From Nostocales cyanobacterium 94392 (lineage in GTDB: Bacteria; Cyanobacteriota; Cyanobacteriia; Cyanobacteriales; Nostocaceae), in contig JAYKJL010000131.1 of the NCBI GenBank assembly GCA_035285725.1, forward strand, positions 54,485 through 118,484: a DNA stretch of 64,000 nt. The letters are read 5' to 3'. Positions 56,026-64,000 of the stretch are shown here, in pieces. The notes below the pieces were generated by a model that was given only the letters and a program-made list of their open reading frames with translations, was not told the DNA's origin and searched no databases. Positions within the stretch are counted from its first letter, which is position 1. Every line of letters begins with the position of its first letter. A program made the translations under genes and the position numbers.

Positions 56026-57069
56026 TTATGATTGACTACCAGCAGTAGCGACAGAATCCAATGCTTTACCAAACTGTTTGAAATCAACACCAATAGCTCG
56101 TAGCGCGTGCCAAAGATGTCCTTGCAAAAAGAAGAAAGCCAGGAAGAAATGAGTATTTGCTAACCATGCTCTAGCTGTATGAGCGCCTAATGGTAAATCT
56201 ACAGTGTCGGCAAAATAAGGACAAATGCCAAATTTTAGTTGTAGAACCGAACCGTAAAACTCAACAGGATAAGCTAAAGTATTAACTGCACAGTAGTAAG
56301 ATGCGACAAATCCAGCTAAGGCTATTCCTCCCAAAGAGTAAGAAAGAATTGCTTCACCGGAGAAGATTAACAACCTTTTTGCCCAAGGTAAAGGTTCCTG
56401 GATAATATGCCACACTCCGCCCCCAATTAACATTATGCCTACATAAATATGTCCACCTACTAAGTCTTCGAGATTATCGACACTAGCAAAATGAGTCTGA
56501 TAACCATATATAACTAGTGGGTTCAGAGTCGGATTTGTCACTGTACGGACAGTCTGAGATGCAGCATCATAGAGTCCGCCAAAATACATTGCTTTAACGA
56601 CCAACAATAAAGCTCCCAAACCTAAAAATAGCAGGTGGTGTCCTAAAATAATCCCCAATTGTTTGGGATCATCCCATTCAAAGTGGAATTTGCGAGCTTG
56701 TCCAGTGGCATCTTTCAAATTTTTCGGTCCTTTGAAGGTATGGAATAACCCACCTGCACCTAAGACAGCAGATGAGATTAAATGTATTGCTCCAATAGCA
56801 AAATAAGGATATGTATCAACTACAATTCCACCATCTCCGACACCAAAACCCAAAGTTGCTAAATGAGGTAATAAAATCAATCCTTGGTCACCCATGGGCA
56901 TATTAGGGTTATATCGAGATAGTTCAAATAGAGTGAATGAACCAGCCCACAGAGTAATTAAAGCTGCTTGCGCTGCATGAGCGCCGATAAATAAACCTGA
57001 TAATTTGGCGAAGCGTGCATTACCAGCCCACCAATCATATTTAACTTTGGGATTATCGTAAGTTTGCAT
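56026..57069 (-). CDS. isiA: Iron-stress-induced chlorophyll-binding protein IsiA
   Basis: [50 protein letters not shown]; AGGAG RBS. Confidence 0.95.
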   Translation of the reverse strand: MQTYDNPKVKYDWWAGNARFAKLSGLFIGAHAAQAALITLWAGSFTLFELSRYNPNMPMGDQGLILLPHLATLGFGVGDGGIVVDTYPYFAIGAIHLISSAVLGAGGLFHTFKGPKNLKDATGQARKFHFEWDDPKQLGIILGHHLLFLGLGALLLVVKAMYFGGLYDAASQTVRTVTNPTLNPLVIYGYQTHFASVDNLEDLVGGHIYVGIMLIGGGVWHIIQEPLPWAKRLLIFSGEAILSYSLGGIALAGFVASYYCAVNTLAYPVEFYGSVLQLKFGICPYFADTVDLPLGAHTARAWLANTHFFLAFFFLQGHLWHALRAIGVDFKQFGKALDSVATAGSQS

Positions 57070-57282
57070 TGTTTAACACTTTCTCCTTGTTGCTATACTT
57101 ACTTAGTAGTCTCACTTGAATTTACTGCTTGTATTTCCTCTAAGCAGCTAAAGTAAAGACCGCAATCTTTACAGTTAAGACAAGCGCTACAGCGAAATCA
57201 CTGTAGTTAGCCAAACACAGCTTGTGACGCGGATTACCGTTAACACAACTACATTTTTGTCTTTTGACTTAATGCTTAGTTT

Positions 57283-57303
57283 ATTGATAATCTTTTTTAT
57301 TAA
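57283..57303 (-). promoter_or_regulatory. Putative Fur box about 215 bp upstream of isiA
   Basis: TGATAAT half-site in an AT-rich context; isiA is an established Fur target. Confidence 0.5.
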
Positions 57304-57712
57304 CAAGGATATTTACAAAAATTAATAGTTGATATTAAATGCAGACTTAAGAAAATGTTGATAAATTCGCTAAAAACCTTGATTTGTGATTATGAGGGGT
57401 ATAGTAGTAGCGCGTTACCTGCTCTGGGTGGTGGTGTACAGGAAGCGCAAGTTTTTATACTGCAAACGGGTAAAATATGAACTTATGTCATACTGAGCGT
57501 AACGTAGTGCAGCGAAGTATCTCGGAGATTCTTCGCTTAGCTCATTCGGGACAGATTTAAACCGTTTTTAGTATAGCTAGTTTGCGGATAACAGGGAGCG
57601 AGACGCTCCCACTACTTCAAATTAGTGTGTGGGGAGGGGTTACCTCTCCGATGCTTTGGAGAGGCAGAAGGGCTTAATTTTTACCCTTCTTGGGTTAGTA
57701 ACATCAAAAAGA

Positions 57713-58594
57713 TTACCGATAATAAAAATCATAATCGCTCAACATTGCAGTAGTTTTAAGGCGTATCAAATGATACTTATATTCCACTGCCTTATTCAAC
57801 TTTTTAATTATCTTTTTGAATACAGAATGACGAGGATTTTCAATTTTATTTTGAGCTTCAAAATATTCTAACTTATCCTTTAAACTTGCTTGACCTTTAG
57901 AAATTCTAATTTTTTCGACTCTATCATCAAAGAAGTCAACTCCTTCCATGACATCATGTCTAACTGCAAAATTAGCTTTAGTTGTTGCTAAACCCATTGC
58001 GTAAGCAGGATGTTTATGAAGTCCATTTACTTCAGCATAAAGTGCAATTTTTCCCCAATTTTTTAGAAACTCCTCTTCTTTCCCGGAATCTCTAGTCACA
58101 ACAAATAAAAATTCATTTATCCATGTAATTTTTTCTGTTTCTAAGTCTACATCCAGCTTTTTAGCCATTTTTTGGAAAAGCTCAAACTTCTTCACAGCAG
58201 TTACAGATGGTGGATTGGTTTTATTTATCCTTTCTTTAAAATGCTTGATCATGCTTGTACAACTTCTAGCTGTGATTCCTGGAAGCCAATCCCTTTGAGG
58301 TATAGGAGCGCAAATTCTCACGTCGCAATCAATGTACATACAAGATTTAAACATTGATAGTGCTTTTTGAATGGCAAATCTGCGTTCGTGGTAATATAAT
58401 ACTCCCTGTCTTTTATGTCCAAATACTAAAACATTACTATATTTTTGAAAATCTTCTGGTTTATCTGTAAAAATTATTAAAGGAATTTCTGGCGAGTATT
58501 TTGCTAAGTCACCGATTAAGTTTTTTGCTAAAGAACGATATGTCTTACCGGCAACGTAGGTACAAATACAAAAGTTTTTTTGTTCTAAGTTCAT
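57713..58594 (-). CDS. Hypothetical protein, possible GT-A fold glycosyltransferase
   Basis: IIFTDKP and MYIDCD (DxD). Confidence 0.55.
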   Translation of the reverse strand: MNLEQKNFCICTYVAGKTYRSLAKNLIGDLAKYSPEIPLIIFTDKPEDFQKYSNVLVFGHKRQGVLYYHERRFAIQKALSMFKSCMYIDCDVRICAPIPQRDWLPGITARSCTSMIKHFKERINKTNPPSVTAVKKFELFQKMAKKLDVDLETEKITWINEFLFVVTRDSGKEEEFLKNWGKIALYAEVNGLHKHPAYAMGLATTKANFAVRHDVMEGVDFFDDRVEKIRISKGQASLKDKLEYFEAQNKIENPRHSVFKKIIKKLNKAVEYKYHLIRLKTTAMLSDYDFYYR

Positions 58595-58916
58595 AATTTA
58601 ATAATTATCTTTAATATAGCAATTTGCTTCAAATAGATTGCACCGTCGGGAAGGAAATCAGTAGAAATAATGATAGTAATTCAGATAATTTTGACACAAA
58701 TTGTATAGGATATGGCTACTGTATTTTTACGTATTTTTTTTTGACTGCGTTTTTAATACAATATTATTTACATTTGAAACGCAAAGGAGCGCCGAGCTAA
58801 GCGCTAAGTTACGCAGAATATTTATGATGGAACCAAAAAAGAATTCGTCATTCATAAATCGCTTTTTGTTAAAAACAACTCATAAACAACGAATAGTTAA
58901 TTTCAAAATACTGATT

Positions 58917-59291
58917 TTAGCTGAAAGAATCTAAATCAAATGATTGGAATCCCCGACTTTGAGCATAAGTCATCATGCTTCCCAATTGAAATCCAGTTAA
59001 AATACAAGTCAATAAAGTAATTGGTAAACCTACGGCACAAGCTAACCAATTTGGAAAACCAAATATCGCTAAACCAGAACACAGGAATAAACCAATTCCC
59101 AGTGTAATTCCAGTAAATGGTATAACTAATTGCTTGTAGGAAAAACGAGGAGCGCTAGCTTCAACACCGTTTTTTTGCCATGTTTGTGTAATTACTTTCA
59201 AAGTTCCAGCTAATGCTGCACCAGAAGTTATGGCGATAAAAAATCCGATAACTAACACTAAGTAGGGCGGTTGCGTGGGGTAGTAGTACAT
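58917..59291 (-). CDS. Conserved cyanobacterial membrane protein
   Basis: PPYLVLVIGFFIAITSG..., 3 TM; downstream of the ABC1 kinase. Confidence 0.75.
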   Translation of the reverse strand: MYYYPTQPPYLVLVIGFFIAITSGAALAGTLKVITQTWQKNGVEASAPRFSYKQLVIPFTGITLGIGLFLCSGLAIFGFPNWLACAVGLPITLLTCILTGFQLGSMMTYAQSRGFQSFDLDSFS

Positions 59292-59361
59292 TACATCTCC
59301 TGGTTTGTATTTATTTTGATGGCGATTAGCTTCGCTAATCGCCTTCGGCGTAACGCCAATT

Positions 59362-61065
59362 TTAATTTACTGAGTTTGAGGACTTAAATGCGGGTAATAT
59401 TGCTGCGACTCTTTCTCTAGAGAACTGAGTTAAAATTCCAATTGCCGCACCTAATAAGCGGGATGGATTTAAATCGTCTTTGACTAGAGTCCATAAGCGC
59501 TGCACCTCTTGAGCGTGCAAACGGTCATCTTCAGTGAGTGCAATTACCAACTGCTGTTGCAGAAATTTACCTTCATCGCTCAGTAAATACTGTAAACCCA
59601 TTTGTGCTGTCGGCAACAGATCGAAACTGTTATCAGTACGAGCGATCGCAATCATATTTTCCAATCGTTCCCATTGGAATTTACCATCTTTAAATAGCAC
59701 GTTGAGCAATCTTCGCCGCAGTTGAGGAGATTCACCCATTAGCAACCGTCGCGCTACATAAGGATAAGCTACTTCGACAATTTTGAAATTAGGGTTTAAC
59801 GATAGTGCAATCCCTTCTTGAGTCACCAAGGAACGAATAATTAAAGCGAATTTAGCGGGGACTCGGAAAGGGAAGTCGTACATGAGTTTGGAAAACTCAT
59901 CGGTTATTGTCTTGAAGTTAAAGTCACCGACATTACGATTAATTGCATCTCCCAGCAACGATTCTAAAGCCGGTACAATCGGACGAATATCTACATCTGG
60001 GGTGAGAAAACCCAACTTCACGTAATCGTGGGCTAGGTCGGTATAATCCTTATTGATCAGATGAACTAACGCATCTACAAGAGTTTCTTTGGTAGTTTCA
60101 TCAAGCTGATCCATCATCCCAAAATCGATGTATCCCATTCTACCATCTGGCATGGCGAATAAATTACCGGGATGGGGGTCAGCATGAAAGAAACCATGTT
60201 CCAACAACTGCTGCAAACCAGAGGTTACTCCGATTTCAATTACCGCTTGTGGATCTAAACCTGCTGCAATAATACTTGTGGTATCAGTTAGTTTGAACCC
60301 ATTGAGCCATTCTAAAGTTAATACGCGAGCTGAAGTATAACGCCAATAAATCGCCGGAACCTTGACATGAGGGTCGTTACGAAAGTTAGTTGCGAACCTT
60401 TCAGCATTACGACCTTCGTTTAAATAATCAATTTCCTCAAATAATTTGGTGCCGAACTCATCTACTATTAATGTTAGGTCGTGTCCCAAATTTAAAGGCA
60501 ACCAAGGAGCCAGCCAACCAGCAGCCCAGCGCATCAAATACAAGTCCAGGGAAAGAATCGGACGTAAATTCGGACGCTGTACTTTGACTGCCACTTCTTC
60601 GCCCGTTAGCAAACGACCCCGGTAAACTTGACCCAAACTCGCAGCAGCTACCGGAGCGCTTGTAAGTTCGCTAAACATTTCTTTGATTGGATGACCCAAT
60701 TCGCTTTGAATCAGTCTTAAAGCTAAAGCGTTGTCAAACGGTGGTAATTGGTCTTGTAATTTGATCAGTTCGTCTAGGAAATCTTTGCGGATCAAATCCG
60801 GTCGCGTTGATAAAGCTTGACCGACTTTAATAAATGTCGGACCTAAACCCACGAGCATTTTTCGTAGATGAACAGCTCGTCTCAACTTATTGCGTTCCGA
60901 TACTCCCCGCAATTCATCCCATTTTAAACCCAATATAAACCAGGCAAAATTCCAAAAAATTGCGATCGAGCGTCCCCAACCCAGCCAAGGACGCAAATTA
61001 TAGTACCGCGCTATCTGATGTGCGTCGTACTTACGGTTACTTTCTGTAGGGGCTTGTGAATTCAC
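59362..61065 (-). CDS. ABC1/AarF/UbiB-family atypical kinase
   Basis: LGPTFIKVGQALSTRPD, AAASLGQVY, VAVKVQRP, FHADPHPGN, DFG. Confidence 0.94.
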   Translation of the reverse strand: MNSQAPTESNRKYDAHQIARYYNLRPWLGWGRSIAIFWNFAWFILGLKWDELRGVSERNKLRRAVHLRKMLVGLGPTFIKVGQALSTRPDLIRKDFLDELIKLQDQLPPFDNALALRLIQSELGHPIKEMFSELTSAPVAAASLGQVYRGRLLTGEEVAVKVQRPNLRPILSLDLYLMRWAAGWLAPWLPLNLGHDLTLIVDEFGTKLFEEIDYLNEGRNAERFATNFRNDPHVKVPAIYWRYTSARVLTLEWLNGFKLTDTTSIIAAGLDPQAVIEIGVTSGLQQLLEHGFFHADPHPGNLFAMPDGRMGYIDFGMMDQLDETTKETLVDALVHLINKDYTDLAHDYVKLGFLTPDVDIRPIVPALESLLGDAINRNVGDFNFKTITDEFSKLMYDFPFRVPAKFALIIRSLVTQEGIALSLNPNFKIVEVAYPYVARRLLMGESPQLRRRLLNVLFKDGKFQWERLENMIAIARTDNSFDLLPTAQMGLQYLLSDEGKFLQQQLVIALTEDDRLHAQEVQRLWTLVKDDLNPSRLLGAAIGILTQFSRERVAAILPAFKSSNSVN

Positions 61066-61898
61066 TCCCTTTTTACCTCTTTACCTATTGACAGTTGAAA
61101 TTAGACTTAATGTTTAAAAGCAGTTAAAAATACCCATTAGTTCAACGAACTTTTTTAAACAATCTTTCTGTTATGCTTCGCATTTTTTAGCCAAAGTTTA
61201 TTAAAAGTTACTTTTTATCTTTTATTATTTTATATTACTACATAAAAGTATAAATACTTAACAAGATGACTAGAAAACATATGTTAGTTGATAATACTTA
61301 GCAAAAAAGCAATAAATCATACTTTTTAGAATATTTAATTTAAATAAATAAATCAATAATATGTTTTTAATTAACTAAAAAACAGGAATACAAATAAAAA
61401 TACAGTCTGGAGTTATATGTATATTTTGTTACCAATAAACCAGAGAAATGAATTTAGCCCTAATTATTGTCTCAGATGTATAATATTAACAATTGAATTA
61501 AAATAAGATTGGCGAGGAAATGTTTAGCATTGAGATTGCAGCGGTCTCAATTAGAAACTAACATATGCCTTAGAGTGCTTAACGAGAGTTACCGGGAGTC
61601 TACCACCTCTTGCTACAATCTTCTTAATTACAACGTATTTATTGATATTGATTAATTTTTGCCGCCTACTTAAATCTGAGTAAACTATCTTCATAGAACA
61701 AAAATTATGTCCTCCTATATTTTCAATTGCAGAGTGAATAAATACATAGAATTGATAATTTTTATTTAGCTTTGTAGGAGAAAACTAAGAAATTATCAAT
61801 AGATAATGCTAATTGTTACTATATAAAATTTAGGTTTGTACAGGTAGCATAACAACCTACATCTAACAAATAATTTTATTATTTCTTAATGATTTGTC

Positions 61899-62993
61899 AT
61901 GCAAATGAAAAATTTTCAAATTTTGACAAGTGGTTTTTGGCTGCGTATTTTAGTTGTGTTTTTGATTGGTGTAAATATGGCTTTGGTATTTAGCTGTACA
62001 AACACCTTTGCTAAAACCCCCAGTCGGGATAAATTTTTATGGCCTTTTTTATCGACATCAATTTGGAATATGCCTATCGGTTCCGATGCAGTTTACGTCA
62101 AAGCAAATATTGATAAATCAAAACAAGCAGCAGCAGACGAAGAATATTTTTTCCAGCTAAAAGATAAATATCCCTATCGTCGGGTTTACGCTCCAGGAGC
62201 TTGGGGAGAAGGGCGCTGTACGGGAAAAAAAGATATGGATATTTCCCTACCGATTCCCGACGATTTGATTATTCCAGACGCAACCAAAGAACCATACCAT
62301 ACACCAAATAACGCTTCAGCCTTTTTAATGCCAGATGGTAGAACATTGGTACAGCTTTCACCCTTAGCTCGTTGTGAAGAAAAAGGTTCAGTATACGGTT
62401 GGCGATATGATAACGTAGATATTTACGGAGAAGGAATAGGGGGAGCACATTTCGGCTCTGGGTTATCTGCCATTGGTGGTTCAATTCGTAAAGGTGAACT
62501 AATAAACGATAAACCGATTCGTCACGCCTTAAAAGTTGTAATTTGGGCGGAAAAATATTTATTTTACGACGATAAAATACCAGGATATCGCTGGCCAGCA
62601 AATCGTGCCGATGATTATGCAGGGGAACGTTATGGTGGTAGCAATCATGCCTTAGTACAAGGTTCATTGTTAGCCATTCCACCAGAGATTAGTAAAAAAA
62701 GTTTGAATTTAGAAACACCAGCAGGTAAAAAGTTATTTGATGCATTGCAAAATTACGGTGCTTATGTTGTAGAAGATTCCAACGGAGATGCTCACTACTT
62801 TGCAGTAGAAAAAGGAGTCCCCCAAGAATTTCGTGATAAATACGGGTATGATTTCGAGACTAGAAAAGGTAAATTTTACGATGACTTTATGAAATTATTT
62901 GAAGCATTATATATTGTTGATAATAATAGTCGAAATAGTATTGGTGGTGGTGGTATTCCCCGTGCAGAACTTGCACCACCGATTGGCAACTAG
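61899..62993 (+). CDS. Secreted protein of unknown function
   Basis: N-terminal signal/TM; WPFLSTSIWNMPIG; Gly/aromatic-rich body. Confidence 0.75.
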   Translation: MQMKNFQILTSGFWLRILVVFLIGVNMALVFSCTNTFAKTPSRDKFLWPFLSTSIWNMPIGSDAVYVKANIDKSKQAAADEEYFFQLKDKYPYRRVYAPGAWGEGRCTGKKDMDISLPIPDDLIIPDATKEPYHTPNNASAFLMPDGRTLVQLSPLARCEEKGSVYGWRYDNVDIYGEGIGGAHFGSGLSAIGGSIRKGELINDKPIRHALKVVIWAEKYLFYDDKIPGYRWPANRADDYAGERYGGSNHALVQGSLLAIPPEISKKSLNLETPAGKKLFDALQNYGAYVVEDSNGDAHYFAVEKGVPQEFRDKYGYDFETRKGKFYDDFMKLFEALYIVDNNSRNSIGGGGIPRAELAPPIGN

Positions 62994-63012
62994 TTAATGC
63001 AGTATTGAATGG

Positions 63013-63264
63013 GTGATATCAGCAGAAATTCTGCGGGAATACAAGGAAGTTTTAAGTAGAAAAAAGTTTAAGTTAACTCAAGAGCAACTGAATCTTTGGT
63101 ATGAGTTTTTAGATAATGCTACCGTTTTAATTAGTTCTGGATTGGAGATCGATTTTTCCAGAGACCAAAAAGATGCTAAATTTTTAGCCTGTGCCGTTGA
63201 GAGCAATTTTCCTGCATCTGGGATAATATTTCCTGTAGAGAATATTTACCATCAGCATCTATGA
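63013..63264 (+). pseudogene. Truncated PIN-domain toxin fragment
   Basis: EWVISAEILREYKEVLSRKKF...RDQKDAKFLACA; lacks the N-terminal DTN motif and the C-terminal ITGD. Confidence 0.7.
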
Positions 63265-64000
63265 CCAATCCTCAAACTGAATATGATTCGCCTTGGAAAG
63301 AGATTTTACAACTGTATTTCCAAGACTTCATGTTATTCTTTTTTCCCCAATTCCACGCACAAATTGATTGGAGAAAAGAACCTGTATTTCTGGATAAGGA
63401 GTTACAGCAAGTAATTCGGGATGCGGAGTTAGGAAAAAGGCTTGTTGATAAGTTGGTAAAAATTTATCTGTTGGATGGAACTGAATCCTGGGTGTTGATA
63501 CACATTGAGGTGCAGGGACAGGAAGAAGATGAGTTTTCCCGACGTATGTATGTTTATAATTACCGTATCTTCGATTGTTATAATCGCTCGGTGGCTTCAA
63601 TTGCAGTTTTGGGAGATACCAACACCAATTGGCGACCCAACCAGTTTGGTTATAATTTGTTTGGTTGTGGGTTAGATTTTCAGTTTCCGATTGTGAAATT
63701 GATTGATTATCGAGGACGACAAGCAGAATTGGAAGTGAGTGAGAACCCCTTCGCGATTATTGTGATGGCGCATTTGACGGCATTGGAAACGCGGAATAAT
63801 CGTAAAGGGCGCAGACAAAGAAAGATGGCTTTGATACGTGGGCTGTATGAAAAGGGGTTTGACCGGGAAAAGGTAATTAATTTATTTAATTTACTTGACT
63901 GGATGTTGACGCTACCATTGGAATTAGACCGGGAATTTTGGCAAGAATATCGCGAATATGAGGAGAGTAAAAATATGCGCTATGTAACGAGTGTTGAGCG
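63261..64000 (+). CDS. Rpn/Transposase_31-like PD-(D/E)XK protein, 3'-truncated by the window edge (absent from the ORF track)
   Basis: MTNPQTEYDSPWKEILQLYFQDF...LVDKLVKIY...IHIEVQGQ...RMYVYNYRIFD, open to 64000. Confidence 0.82.
   Translation, partial: MTNPQTEYDSPWKEILQLYFQDFMLFFFPQFHAQIDWRKEPVFLDKELQQVIRDAELGKRLVDKLVKIYLLDGTESWVLIHIEVQGQEEDEFSRRMYVYNYRIFDCYNRSVASIAVLGDTNTNWRPNQFGYNLFGCGLDFQFPIVKLIDYRGRQAELEVSENPFAIIVMAHLTALETRNNRKGRRQRKMALIRGLYEKGFDREKVINLFNLLDWMLTLPLELDREFWQEYREYEESKNMRYVTSVE

Noticed and set aside
52527-57069. IsiA-PsaL fusion or far-red-light (FaRLiP) cluster
   Set aside because: All three proteins are 320-350 aa with no PsaL tail; no psa/psb/apc paralogs or rfp regulators nearby

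Overview
AT-rich chromosomal DNA from a filamentous, Nostocales-like cyanobacterium, judged from HIP1 GCGATCGC enrichment, many 7-bp STRR arrays and the gene content. 1-12.7 kb: a MglA-like small GTPase and a DUF4388/PATAN protein, followed by a phototaxis-type chemosensory operon (PatA-type regulator, CheY, CheW, soluble 4-GAF cyanobacteriochrome MCP, CheA hybrid). A four-helix-bundle gene sits between the MCP and CheA genes. 12.8-26.3 kb: mostly housekeeping genes (CAP lipoprotein, hydrolase, DUF1816-rlmB-mrnC-STAS-carA, aspartic protease, phosphoketolase), plus a decayed DUF1156 methylase, MITEs and an ORF-less IS200/IS605-type element that keeps a TnpB-style right end. 26.7-57.1 kb: an iron-stress-rich region (feoAB, futA-futB, PepSY-TM remnant, ndhD, exbB, devC, COG0523, HugZ-like, YwiC-like, futA-futC, three IsiA-family genes, flavodoxin, Fur-like boxes) interleaved with housekeeping genes (ligA, moaA, MPBQ methyltransferase, K+ channel). 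57.7-64 kb: a GT-like protein, an ABC1 kinase, an unknown secreted protein, a PIN fragment and an Rpn-like gene that runs off the window. No tRNA, rRNA or CRISPR array was seen. All family assignments come from motif recognition by eye, not database searches.
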